64,000 nucleotides of DNA from Muribaculaceae bacterium. GTDB taxonomy: Bacteria > Bacteroidota > Bacteroidia > Bacteroidales > Muribaculaceae. This document shows positions 1-9,677 of this stretch, in pieces. How positions within the stretch are numbered: position 1 is the first letter of the stretch; the number at the start of each line of letters is the position of its first letter. The translations under genes and the position numbers were made by a program. The DNA lies in the NCBI GenBank assembly GCA_017477555.1, contig JAFUVK010000017.1:10787-74786 (forward strand), read 5' to 3'. Below the pieces are notes generated by a model. It was not told the DNA's origin and did no database searches. It worked only from the letters and a program-made list of their open reading frames with translations.

Positions 1-1
1 G

Positions 2-244
2 GCACGGCGCGACAAGCAGGAGGCATACACCGCACTGGGCATACCCGCCGAGTGGGTGGCCCCCATCCAGAAGGCCGGACTGCTCACCGTGCAAGCCCTG
101 GCTGAGCTGGAGCGTCCGGGCAAGCTGTTCCAGGACCTGCTCGACATCAACAAGAAATACAAGCTAGGCTACAAGGCCCCCACAGCCGACGAGGTCAAGC
201 ACTGGGTCGAATGTGCCCAGCAGGCCATAGCCTCCCCCCAGTAA
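2..244 (+). CDS. lysS: 3' end of lysine--tRNA ligase (Bacteroidales C-terminal DUF4332-like extension), partial
   Basis: Open frame from the window edge reads ARRDKQEAYTALGIPAEWVAPIQKAG...KLFQDLLDINKKYKL...EVKHWV, which matches the C-terminal extension of Bacteroidales LysRS. Confidence 0.7.
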   Translation, partial: ARRDKQEAYTALGIPAEWVAPIQKAGLLTVQALAELERPGKLFQDLLDINKKYKLGYKAPTADEVKHWVECAQQAIASPQ

Positions 245-272
245 AACCCATTCTCATCAACAGAGCACCATT

Positions 273-2603
273 ATGAAAAAGTTAATCGTCCTGCTAGCCC
301 TGCTCATGCCGATGCTAGCCCTGGCACAAGACATCGACGGGACATGGAAGTTCCATCCCGCCTATGCCTTGAACACTGCCACCGACATGATCGACACCGA
401 GAACTACGTCTATGCGTTGTCCAACGGGGCCATCATGCGTCTTGACAAAGCTAGCCAGCAGGTCCAGACACTCACCCCCGAAAACGGCCTGAGCGAGGTG
501 CTGGCCACTGGCATCTACTACAACTACGACAGCCACTACCTGCTCATCACCTACCAGAACAGCAACATCGACCTGCTGTATGACGACGGACGCATGGTCA
601 ACGTCAGCGACCTGGCCGATGCCATCATGACCGTGTCGCGCAAAGTCAACGACGTGACCTTTGCCCACGGGAAAGCCTATCTGGCCACCGACTTTGGCCT
701 GGCTGTGCTGGACGATGCTCACCAACGCGTAACCGAGTTTCACATCTACAACCAGGCAATGACCTCGGCGGCACAAGTGGGCGATTACCTGGTTATCGCT
801 TATGGCGACCAGCTGTACGCCAGTCAAGGATCGCGCGAGACGCTCAACGACTTTTTCAAGCTGGGCGTGACGCACACCGGCGCACGACTGTACACAGCCA
901 ACGACAGCGTGTTCTTCATGCGCACTTCCAGTGAGCTCATACGCTGCTCACTGTCTATGGAACAGAACGACATCCTAGTCTGCACCACAACCAGCATTGT
1001 GGCTGCCGCGGCCAACAACCTGCAGCGCACCAATGGCGGCTGGCTGGCCAACTTCCGCGCCAAGGGCTACTACTACACCATCGCCGACGATACCGCCTAC
1101 ACGGCCACCAAGGTGAGCGGCAACACCACATCGCTCTACTCATGCTGCCCCGGCGACGAGACCACTTGGCAGATCGATGCCACAGGCATTCACCCCAAGG
1201 GCAATAACGCCACCGCCTACAAGCCCGACGGCTTGTACTTGCGCACCGGAGGCATCACATTGTGCTACAGCATGTACAACCGGTGGGACAACAAATTCTA
1301 CATCACATCGGCCGACCAGAACTTCTTGCTCAACGTCAACCACCAGAAGCACATCATGAGCTACGATGGCGCACAATGGACCGACGACACCCCGACGGCC
1401 CTGCGCAGCTCAACGCGCCTGGCCCGCATTACCTTTATTCCCGGCATGGCCAACAGCTACTTTGCTGCCGACCGCGGCAACGCGTTCTACCGCGTGGTGG
1501 GCGGGCTGGTGACGGGCAAGTTTGTGTCCCATGGCACGGCCGGGCCGCTGCACTATCCGCCCACCAGCGGCAATCCCAACGGCATCTGCTGGCTGCCCGG
1601 CCTGCTGGTCGACAGCCAACGCAACCTGTGGATGCTGGGCACTGACGGTGGCGGTACCAACAAATACCAGATTGTGGCCATGTTGCCGGCCGAGAAGCTG
1701 CTGGCCGACACGGTCAATGTCGAGGACTGGGTGACCTACGACTTCGCGCAGTTCAGCACATCGCACGCCCAGCGCCAGAGCTTCACCGAGAGCACTACTG
1801 GCGTGAAGGCTTATGTGGGAGGCTACACGTCCGACCAGCTCAACTTCTGGCGGCTCAAGCCCGGATCCACCGAAATCGAGGTGATGCACTCCAAGCAGTT
1901 TATCGACCAGAAAGGCCGTTCAGTCGACTGGTATCTGCGTGAGACCGGGACACTGACCCCCGACTCGACAGGGCACATCTGGATTGGTGCCAAGCAGGGC
2001 ATCTTCTACGTCAAGGCCGACGAGGTGTTCACACCGGGCTTCAGGGTCACAGTGCCTGAGACCGTCGACGGCGAGGACTCGCCCTACAAACTGTCAATCA
2101 CCAGTATTGGGGTTGACCCCGACAACCGCAAGTGGATAGGTACACGCGAGAGCGGACTGTTTGTGGTCAATGCCGACGGCTCAAGGGTGCTCAAGCACTT
2201 CGATGTGGACAACAGCAGCCTGCCCTCGCCACTGGTCTACGATGTGGCCGTGTCGCGCGACCGTGCCCTCATCACCACCGATAATGGTGTTGTGGAGCTG
2301 AACATGAACGATGTGCCCAGTGCCATCGACTATACCGCCGTGACAGCTGCGCCCATGCTGGTCACCCCCGACTACACGGGCTTTGTGACCATCGGCCAGG
2401 TGGATGTAGGGGCCTGTGTACGCATCACCGACCGCGATGGCAACATCGTGCGCCAGTTCACCGCAACCACCGGACAGGTGGCATGGGATGCCTGCGACGA
2501 AACGGGCGAGCGCGTACCCACCGGGGTCTACAACATCTACGCCGCACTCACTGCCGACCAATTGCCGGGCACACCACAAGTGCGCGTCAAGGTCATCAAG
2601 TAA
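273..2603 (+). CDS. porZ: PorZ-like T9SS beta-propeller protein with C-terminal sorting domain
   Basis: Signal peptide; N-terminal GTWKFHP; YQNSNIDLL, YLATDFGL, DPDNRKWIGT and NSSLPS propeller motifs; C-terminal WDACDETGERVPTGVY. Confidence 0.7.
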   Translation: MKKLIVLLALLMPMLALAQDIDGTWKFHPAYALNTATDMIDTENYVYALSNGAIMRLDKASQQVQTLTPENGLSEVLATGIYYNYDSHYLLITYQNSNIDLLYDDGRMVNVSDLADAIMTVSRKVNDVTFAHGKAYLATDFGLAVLDDAHQRVTEFHIYNQAMTSAAQVGDYLVIAYGDQLYASQGSRETLNDFFKLGVTHTGARLYTANDSVFFMRTSSELIRCSLSMEQNDILVCTTTSIVAAAANNLQRTNGGWLANFRAKGYYYTIADDTAYTATKVSGNTTSLYSCCPGDETTWQIDATGIHPKGNNATAYKPDGLYLRTGGITLCYSMYNRWDNKFYITSADQNFLLNVNHQKHIMSYDGAQWTDDTPTALRSSTRLARITFIPGMANSYFAADRGNAFYRVVGGLVTGKFVSHGTAGPLHYPPTSGNPNGICWLPGLLVDSQRNLWMLGTDGGGTNKYQIVAMLPAEKLLADTVNVEDWVTYDFAQFSTSHAQRQSFTESTTGVKAYVGGYTSDQLNFWRLKPGSTEIEVMHSKQFIDQKGRSVDWYLRETGTLTPDSTGHIWIGAKQGIFYVKADEVFTPGFRVTVPETVDGEDSPYKLSITSIGVDPDNRKWIGTRESGLFVVNADGSRVLKHFDVDNSSLPSPLVYDVAVSRDRALITTDNGVVELNMNDVPSAIDYTAVTAAPMLVTPDYTGFVTIGQVDVGACVRITDRDGNIVRQFTATTGQVAWDACDETGERVPTGVYNIYAALTADQLPGTPQVRVKVIK

Positions 2604-2715
2604 GTTAATAGTTGATAGTTAGCAGCTAACAGTTGATAGTTAATAGTTTATGGTTTATAGTTGATGACGAATATCCCTATGTCCACCATAATCTATTAAC
2701 TGTAAACTCTAAACC
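2602..2715. repeat. Inverted heptamer-array element (TAGTTNA array / spacer / TNAACTN array)
   Basis: tagttaa/tagttga/tagttta/tggttta tandem units at 2602-2665 and reverse-complement units ctattaactgtaaactctaaac at ~2693-2714. Confidence 0.7.
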
Positions 2716-2720
2716 TTCCC

Positions 2721-3176
2721 ATGATTGATGTTCACTCTGTAGAATTCTATGTGATAGCGTTTGTGGTGGCCATGGCTCTGGTGACGTTGCTCGTGGGGCA
2801 GCGCGCCCACGGCGAGGCCACCACAAACATTGACACATTCAACCTCATCGCCCGTCAGGCCGATGAGGCTGGTCTGCTGGCCATCACCAGCGAGGACACC
2901 GACCACGTGGCCATCACACGCACCGGACTGCCCATCACCGATGGCGACACCATCGTGCTGGTGAGCACCATCGTCGACAACAAGTGGCACATACAGGAGA
3001 AGCGTGCCACACGCGGCCGCGGCGACCAGGTCGAGGTCGATGGCGCCGTAGAGTTGCACTTTCTGCGACCCGGACGCTATCATGTGCGCTACGACAGCGA
3101 GGTGACCGGACAGTGGTGTACACTGACCCATACCCACCGTCCCGGCAACACATCACGAGCTACACTAAAATACTAA
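2721..3176 (+). CDS. Hypothetical protein with N-terminal membrane anchor
   Basis: 151-aa ORF with host-like codon usage and hydrophobic N-terminus (FYVIAFVVAMALVTLLVG). Confidence 0.75.
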   Translation: MIDVHSVEFYVIAFVVAMALVTLLVGQRAHGEATTNIDTFNLIARQADEAGLLAITSEDTDHVAITRTGLPITDGDTIVLVSTIVDNKWHIQEKRATRGRGDQVEVDGAVELHFLRPGRYHVRYDSEVTGQWCTLTHTHRPGNTSRATLKY

Positions 3177-3180
3177 GACT

Positions 3181-4431
3181 ATGTGGAAGAATACAATCAA
3201 ATACGTTGCAGCCATAGCTCGGGTCTATGGGGTCATGCTGCTGATGCTCACTGCGGCCATCGTGGCCGTCTACTGCATCCCGCTCAGCGCACTGCGTGAC
3301 AATGTCGACAAGTCGATAGCCACCTTCGAGGCCGAGGGAAGTTATCCCACCCGCAACATCCTGGGGCAGGCCCAGCTCGACAACTTCACCGACTGCTACA
3401 TGCTTCAAGCATCGTATTGCACTGATGACAAGCACCCCGTACGGTCGGCCATGGAGGTGATGCGCTGCCGCCGCAGCTCCGACATCATCGCCGACACCCG
3501 GCAATACTTCAACGAGGGTGATGTGGTTCCGCACGAGAGCATGTGGCGCTATGGCAAGTACTGGCACGGCTATCAAGTGGTGCTGCGACCGTTGCTCACA
3601 GTCACCGATTATCAGGGCATACGCACTCTCAACTGGGTGCTGCTCTCAGCACTGCTCGCCATCTGTCTGGTGCAGATGTGGCGCATACGCCGCTGGTTGC
3701 CACTGTGCTTCTTGTTTGCCTTGCTGGTGGTCAAGTCTGGCGTGGTACCGCTGAGCATGCAGTACTCCAATTGCTACTACATCATGCTCGTGTCCACGAT
3801 TCTGATAATGACCTTCGACAGCCTCACCCGCACACCGCTGCGTCGTGCACAGGTGATGTTTGCCATCGGTGCCGTCACAGCATTCTCCGACTTCTTCACC
3901 GTACCCACCATCACCCTGGGCGTGCCACTGGCCACGATGATGCTCAAGCGCGACGAGCACAGCCTGCGCCAGGTGCTGGGCTTGTGCGCCATGTGGGGGC
4001 TGGGTTGGCTGGTGTTTCTGGTGTCAAAATGGCCGGTGGCCATGTTGCTGGCCGGCTACAACCCCCTGCACGAGGTGGGTCTTTCGATTGTTCAGCACAC
4101 CGTCAACGGTGAAGACCCCACGCCAAAGTTGATATGGGTTAAAAGCATCATCTCCTATGGCATCCGACCGATGTTTGCACTCAAGGTTGTGGCCGCTGTC
4201 CTGCTACTGGCAGCCGCGTGGATGGCCGGCAAGGGCCGCCAGGTGGCGCGCAAGCACCTGTGGCTGTGGGTCCTGGCACTTGTGGGGCCGGCCTGGATGC
4301 TCGTGTTTCTGCACCATGCCTACTGGCACCATTTCATCTCTCTGCGCTCCTATCTGACCACATGGTACGTCCTGCCCATATTCATGTGCCTGATCATCGA
4401 CTGGCGCGCCCTGGTCAAGCGACACCGTTAG
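3181..4431 (+). CDS. Polytopic membrane protein (YxxYWHGY family, possibly GT-C-fold glycosyltransferase)
   Basis: Many TM segments; motifs LDNFTDCYM, YGKYWHGYQVVLRPLL, DFFTVPTITLGVPL. Confidence 0.6.
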   Translation: MWKNTIKYVAAIARVYGVMLLMLTAAIVAVYCIPLSALRDNVDKSIATFEAEGSYPTRNILGQAQLDNFTDCYMLQASYCTDDKHPVRSAMEVMRCRRSSDIIADTRQYFNEGDVVPHESMWRYGKYWHGYQVVLRPLLTVTDYQGIRTLNWVLLSALLAICLVQMWRIRRWLPLCFLFALLVVKSGVVPLSMQYSNCYYIMLVSTILIMTFDSLTRTPLRRAQVMFAIGAVTAFSDFFTVPTITLGVPLATMMLKRDEHSLRQVLGLCAMWGLGWLVFLVSKWPVAMLLAGYNPLHEVGLSIVQHTVNGEDPTPKLIWVKSIISYGIRPMFALKVVAAVLLLAAAWMAGKGRQVARKHLWLWVLALVGPAWMLVFLHHAYWHHFISLRSYLTTWYVLPIFMCLIIDWRALVKRHR

Positions 4432-4500
4432 ACGCTTCAAAAACGGGGGTCTAAAGTCAAAAAAACGAGTCGCGAGCACCAACAACCGAAAACTTTTTAC

Positions 4501-4508
4501 TACCTTTG
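4501..4508 (+). promoter_or_regulatory. Bacteroidetes sigma70 -7 element (TAnnTTTG)
   Basis: tacctttg ~30 nt upstream of the ATG at 4539. Confidence 0.6.
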
Positions 4509-4538
4509 CCCCAATATGTATCCATAAAAACGAAAACT

Positions 4539-5465
4539 ATGAAGTCTAGAATCACCATCATTGCCACAGTGCTGATGGCACTCATTGCCACCACAGCATG
4601 GGCACGCGTGCCACGAAAGAACCCTACCGCAATCGACAAGGGTATCGCGGCATTCGACAAGCAGTACTATCAGGAGGCTATCCAGTGGATGGATCAAGCC
4701 CTGGAGCAGAACGGCGACAACGGTGTGGCATTGGCCTATAAGGGCTCGGCACTGCGGCGACTCGACCGCCTGGATGAGGCGGCTACCGCACTGCGCCGCG
4801 CCACCACGCTTATCGACGATGTCAACTCCACCTTCCGTGCTTGGGCGCACAGCGAGTGTTTCTATGCCCTCATCGACCTGGGCGACACCATCGCCGCCAT
4901 GACCGAAATCAACCAGGCCCTGCGCGACGATGCCCGCAAAGCCAACTACTGGCAGAACCGCGCAGCCATCTACTCGGCGCAAGGCAAGCTCGACGAGGCA
5001 CTCAGCGACTATGACCGCGCCATAGCCATCGACCCTAACGACACCGAACTGCGCGAAATGCGCGAGCGGGTGCATCAGCACAACGAGCGCTACCGTGCCG
5101 CAGTGGCCGCCTCGGGCGGTGTGGTCGCAGGCACAGGCATCTATGCCGAGCGCGACACCACGCTGGCCGACGAGGTGAAGCTTCCACAGTTCCCCGGTGG
5201 CAATCAGGCACTGACCGCACACCTCAACCGCATGACCGGCTGGGACGACTCCAAGCCGCCGGTGCGGGTGCTGGTCGACGTCACCATCGACACCCAAGGA
5301 AAGGTGAAGAAGGCGGCCATCGCTACCGGCTATGACAAGCGACTCGACCAGAAGGCCCTGGACATCTGCCGCCAGCTGCCCCCATTTGCACCCGCCACAA
5401 GCCACGGCAAGCCCATGGAGTGCACCATGACCATTCCGCTACGCTTTGTCGACCCCAACTATTAA
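4539..5465 (+). CDS. TPR-repeat protein with C-terminal TonB-C domain
   Basis: Signal peptide; TPR motifs (YWQNRAAIYSAQGKLDEALSDYDRAIAIDP); TonB-C motifs PQFPGG...V.VDVTIDTQGKV...LDQKAL...PPFAPA...IPLRF. Confidence 0.8.
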   Translation: MKSRITIIATVLMALIATTAWARVPRKNPTAIDKGIAAFDKQYYQEAIQWMDQALEQNGDNGVALAYKGSALRRLDRLDEAATALRRATTLIDDVNSTFRAWAHSECFYALIDLGDTIAAMTEINQALRDDARKANYWQNRAAIYSAQGKLDEALSDYDRAIAIDPNDTELREMRERVHQHNERYRAAVAASGGVVAGTGIYAERDTTLADEVKLPQFPGGNQALTAHLNRMTGWDDSKPPVRVLVDVTIDTQGKVKKAAIATGYDKRLDQKALDICRQLPPFAPATSHGKPMECTMTIPLRFVDPNY

Positions 5466-5539
5466 CTATTTAGTTTATAGTTTATGGTTTATAGTTGCTA
5501 TATTGCGTATTCTTAATTATAAATTCTGAATTTTCAATT

Positions 5540-6292
5540 ATGAAAACACCCATCATCATAAGGCGTATCGCATTCACACTGATGGCACTGGCCCTGACTG
5601 CCGTGGCCACACAGGCGCAGCAGGCCACAACAACCGTCACCCAACTCGAGAACGACATCAAGCTGCAAGAAGACCTCGTGCTCGACATGCAGGACTCGAT
5701 TGTGATCCTTGATCAGAACATCGACCAGCTCAAGGCACAGCTCGACAGCGCCAACGCTGTGGTCAAGGCACTCAAAGGCCAAATCAAGGAACTGGAGCGC
5801 CTCAAGAAGGAGCAGGAAAAGGGAATCAAGCTGGCCAACAAGACCCGGCAGAACACCGTCGAGAACCTCGACGAGCTGATTTACACCCAGAGCATCCTGC
5901 CTGTGCTCAACGACAAGTACGACAAGCTGCAGGTGGAGCAGGCATTGGCCAAGTTCGACGACATGGAGACAAAAGACGTGATCAAACGCAAAGAATTGGT
6001 CAAAAACTATGGCAAGTACTGCCAAGAACTGCGCGAGATGCTCAACAAGCACAAGCAAGGATTCGAGCAGCTGCGATGGGCCACACAAGGCACTGACAGC
6101 GAGCCGTACAAGGAGTTCCAGAAGGCCTTTAAGAAGTTGAGTTACTATAAGACCTACGACAAGGGCCAGAAGAACCCCACCACGCCCACCATACCCTACC
6201 TGGACGAGGTGATGGCTAGCATCCAGCTGCTCATGCGTCAGGGCTTCAACAGCCAGTACCAGTACAACAACGTACTCAACATGCTCTACTAG
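5540..6292 (+). CDS. Secreted coiled-coil hypothetical protein
   Basis: Signal peptide followed by heptad-rich segment (LDQNIDQLKAQLDSANAVVKALKGQIKELERL). Confidence 0.7.
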   Translation: MKTPIIIRRIAFTLMALALTAVATQAQQATTTVTQLENDIKLQEDLVLDMQDSIVILDQNIDQLKAQLDSANAVVKALKGQIKELERLKKEQEKGIKLANKTRQNTVENLDELIYTQSILPVLNDKYDKLQVEQALAKFDDMETKDVIKRKELVKNYGKYCQELREMLNKHKQGFEQLRWATQGTDSEPYKEFQKAFKKLSYYKTYDKGQKNPTTPTIPYLDEVMASIQLLMRQGFNSQYQYNNVLNMLY

Positions 6293-6341
6293 TCACGTAA
6301 CATCTAGAGCTTCTAGAAAATTTTGAAAATTACACTAAAGA

Positions 6342-6980
6342 ATGATGAAGAAAGCACTATCATTGCTGCTGGTGGGCATGCTGGTCATGGGCCTGGGCAT
6401 GCAAGCCACCACACAACGCAAGGCCGCCACACGCAAGGCCGCAAAAACCACCCAAACCACCCAAACCACCAAAGCGACCAAAACCACCAAAGCGGCTAAA
6501 GCCAGCAAAACCACCGCAAAAAATAGCGGAGCATTTATTGTCATCTCCAAGAAAGACCTCAACCTGCGCGTCTACAGCAAGGACTCCACCTTGCTGGCCG
6601 AATATCCGTGTTGCCTGAGCAAGAACAAGGGCGACAAGCAGCGCAAGGGCGACATGCGCACTCCCGAGTCGCCTCAGGGCAAGCCGTTCAAGATCACCAT
6701 GATACAGGATGCCAGCACCTGGAAGCACGATTTCAAGGACGGACGAGGAAGCATCAAGGCCTATGGACACTGGTTCCTGCGGCTGCTCACACCAGGCCAT
6801 AGCGGCATAGGCATCCACGGCAGCACCAACAACGAGAGCTCCGTGCCAGGACGTGCCAGTGAGGGATGCATACGCCTGCGCGACCAGGACATCATCACCC
6901 TCAAGGAGAACTATGCATACGTGGGCATGCCCGTCATCATCAAGGCAGAGAACCAAGGTCTCTACCCCTGGGAGAAATAG
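6342..6980 (+). CDS. L,D-transpeptidase (YkuD family)
   Basis: IVISKKDLNL, GDKQRKGDMRTPE and catalytic GIGIHGS...SEGCIRL motif. Confidence 0.9.
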   Translation: MMKKALSLLLVGMLVMGLGMQATTQRKAATRKAAKTTQTTQTTKATKTTKAAKASKTTAKNSGAFIVISKKDLNLRVYSKDSTLLAEYPCCLSKNKGDKQRKGDMRTPESPQGKPFKITMIQDASTWKHDFKDGRGSIKAYGHWFLRLLTPGHSGIGIHGSTNNESSVPGRASEGCIRLRDQDIITLKENYAYVGMPVIIKAENQGLYPWEK

Positions 6981-6998
6981 ACTACCCAGCCCTACTGC

Positions 6999-7037
6999 AC
7001 ACCAAAGCCCAGCCTACTTGCGGCTGGGCTTTGGTGT
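6999..7037. terminator. Stem-loop, probable intrinsic terminator of the L,D-transpeptidase gene
   Basis: acaccaaagcccagcc / ggctgggctttggtgt perfect 16-bp inverted repeat. Confidence 0.7.
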
Positions 7038-7292
7038 AACCCATAATGGGCAGCCGAATATGGGCGTACAACTCACATCAGATCAATTATAATTTAAGAA
7101 TCTAGCCTGGATTATCCATAGTCCTGCGTAGCGAAAAATTCAAGGGGGTGTGCATCAACGTGAGCACAGCGACGCCGACGCAGGATGTAGTCACTCCTAT
7201 ATTCAAGGAGAAGGAGCGAGCATTGCGTTCAGGCGCAGGCCTTTGTGATTTGCAGTAGTAAGGGCTATGAATAGATAAGCTGGTCGCTGGGG

Positions 7293-7496
7293 GTAGGGAC
7301 GGCATCCCTGTGCCGTCCGCCTGCAGGGCTGCAAATAAGCATTAAAAGTTAATAGTTTGTCTTGTTGCTCTTAGTTTAGTAAAGCAGTAAAGCCGTTACC
7401 CTCGCCGCCGACAACTTTTAATTGTAAACTTTTAACTATAAACTCGAAGGCATTACCCTTTTGTTGAGGCGGACGGCACTGGGGTGCCGTCCCTAC
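7293..7496. repeat. GTAG-type REP pair (REPIN-like) with internal heptamer insert
   Basis: gtagggacggcatccctgtgccgtccgcct at 7293 and inverted aggcggacggcactggggtgccgtccctac ending at 7496; homologous unit at 46282-46367. Confidence 0.75.
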
Positions 7497-7755
7497 AGCC
7501 TGGCTGCTTCTTCCTCTCCCCTTCGGGAGAGGGGAGGGTTATATTCTCCACCAAAACCATCAAAATTCGTCAAAGTTCGTCAAATTAGTGTTTGATGCTC
7601 TTTGGTGGTCTTTGATGAATTTAGTGGTTACGACAGAGCGAGGCGGATGTGGCGGCTGTGGCGGCGGCGCAGCCCTACGAGAGTGAGCCGCCCTGACGGG
7701 CGGGAAATCAAACAAAATCTAAAACAAAATCGCACAACGGCAGAAAAACAATTAA

Positions 7756-8179
7756 GGTGGGTTCTATAAATTCCAAAATGTTATTATGTTGACCCGTTGG
7801 CGGAATTAACAAATCATATTGCACGTTGTATCTTGCTGTGAATGATAAAGTTCCTCTTCGAGGCACATGCCAAGGTTGTTCGCTATGACCAAGCTGCGCA
7901 CATCTTCGATGTGCGCAGCTTGGTCTTTAACACAAAGTCGGGTCTACGACCCGCCTAGCGTCTTCGACGCAATTAGCTGAAACATATATGTTCTATTAAT
8001 TACGGACAACAATTTTAATTCAGCCAACGGGTTATGTTGCTTCGGTCATATTGTTTTTCTTTTTGGCATATTTTGGCTCAACTATCTGTGCCGTAGCCCG
8101 CTACTGCCTCATCTAGATTGATCCAAAGCCAGCTCAAAAATCTAAAACAATCTGACACGAGCAATTTATAGAATCCACC
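7756..8179. mobile_element. MITE with 17-bp TIRs flanked by TTAA
   Basis: ttaa|ggtgggttctataaatt ... aatttatagaatccacc|ttaa (1 mismatch); no ORF. Confidence 0.75.
7792..8032. mobile_element. Nested MITE, 18-bp TIRs starting ACCC (IS982-like), 7-bp TSD
   Basis: tatgttg|acccgttggcggaattaa ... ttaattcagccaacgggt|tatgttg. Confidence 0.8.
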
Positions 8180-8200
8180 TTAAGAAACAACGCCCCACCC

Positions 8201-9526
8201 CTACTTCTCGCGGAAGTAGAGGTTAATCATCGTACCCGACAAAGGCCACTTCTCGCGGATTTTGTTCTCCAGGTAGCGCTTGTAGGGGTCGCGAATCCAC
8301 TGCGGCAGGTTGCAGAAGAAGATGAACGTGGGCACTTTGGCCCCCTTGAGCATGGTAATGTACTTGATTTTGATAAACTTGCCCTTGACCGCAGGTGGCG
8401 GCGTGGCGGTAATCACCTCCTGCATGTAGTTGTTGAGCTGCGAGGTGGGGATGACAATCTTCTGGTTCTTGTAGACCTGGATAGCGGTCTCGAGAACCTT
8501 GTAGATACGCTGCTTGGTCAGCGCCGAGCCAAAGATGATGGGGAAGTCGGTGAACGGCGCCAGCCGCTCGCGGATGGCGGCCTCCATGGTGTCGATTGAC
8601 CGCTGTGTCTTGTACTCGGCGATGTCCCACTTGTTGACCAGCACCACCAGCCCCTTGCGGTTCTTCTGGATGATGGAGAAGATGTTGACGTCCTGAGCCT
8701 CGATGCCACGGGTGGCGTCGATGAGCAGGATGCACACGTCGCTGTTCTCGATGGCGCGGATTGAGCGCAGCACCGAGTAGTACTCGATGTCCTCGTTCAC
8801 CTTGTTCTTCTTGCGGATGCCGGCCGTGTCGACCAGATAGAAGTCAAAGCCGAACTTGTTGTAACGCGAGTAGATGCTGTCGCGGGTGGTTCCGGCAATG
8901 TCGGTGACGATGTTGCGCTGCTCGTCCATGAGCGAGTTGATCAGGCTCGACTTGCCGGCGTTGGGCCTGCCGACGATGGCAAAACGCGGGATGTCGTCCT
9001 GAGGCGTGTCCATCTCCTTCTGCGGCATGCGTGCCACCACCTCGTCGAGCAGGTCGCCCGTACCCGTGCCCGTAATGGCACTGATGCTGTAGGGCTTGCC
9101 CAGCCCCAGGGCATAAAACTCGGCCTCGGCATAGAGGCTCTCGTTGTTGTCATCCTTGTTGGCCACAACGATGACGGGCTTGTTGCTGCGACGCAAGATT
9201 TCGGCCACATGGTCGTCGAGGTCGGTGATGCCGTTCTTGATGTCGACGACAAAGAGGATGACATCGGCCTCGTCGATGGCCAGATGCACCTGCTTGTTGA
9301 TCTCGCCCTCGAAGATGTCCTCCGAGTTCACCACCCAGCCGCCGGTGTCGACCACGCTCATCTCCATGCCGTTCCATTCCATCAGACCATACTGGCGGTC
9401 GCGCGTGGTACCGCTGGTGTCGTTGACAATGGCCGCGCGAGTCTGCGTGAGCCTATTGAACAGTGTGGACTTGCCCACATTGGGCCGTCCCACGATTGCT
9501 ACTAGTCTTCCCATTTGTTCAATCAT
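8201..9526 (-). CDS. der: Ribosome biogenesis GTPase Der (EngA)
   Basis: Two G domains ([16 protein letters not shown] and [16 protein letters not shown]) plus KH-like C-terminus; true start may be 9514. Confidence 0.97.
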   Translation of the reverse strand: MIEQMGRLVAIVGRPNVGKSTLFNRLTQTRAAIVNDTSGTTRDRQYGLMEWNGMEMSVVDTGGWVVNSEDIFEGEINKQVHLAIDEADVILFVVDIKNGITDLDDHVAEILRRSNKPVIVVANKDDNNESLYAEAEFYALGLGKPYSISAITGTGTGDLLDEVVARMPQKEMDTPQDDIPRFAIVGRPNAGKSSLINSLMDEQRNIVTDIAGTTRDSIYSRYNKFGFDFYLVDTAGIRKKNKVNEDIEYYSVLRSIRAIENSDVCILLIDATRGIEAQDVNIFSIIQKNRKGLVVLVNKWDIAEYKTQRSIDTMEAAIRERLAPFTDFPIIFGSALTKQRIYKVLETAIQVYKNQKIVIPTSQLNNYMQEVITATPPPAVKGKFIKIKYITMLKGAKVPTFIFFCNLPQWIRDPYKRYLENKIREKWPLSGTMINLYFREK

Positions 9527-9677
9527 AAATCCCCCTCAATCCCTCCTCTGAAGAGGGCGAGTGCTGGGGCGGTTAGTCTTTTTCGGGTTGCAAAGGTACA
9601 ACAAAAAAACCATATATCACCGATTTCTCAGCGATTTAGCCCAAAAAAGTTGTCGTAATGTGTGGAGCAAGAGGGGC

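Noticed and set aside
6421-6520. 9-nt repeats in the L,D-transpeptidase gene
   Set aside because: They encode an ordinary low-complexity T/K/A linker.
7102-7305. 67-aa ORF in the repeat hotspot
   Set aside because: It starts inside a REP and has no motifs or typical codon bias.
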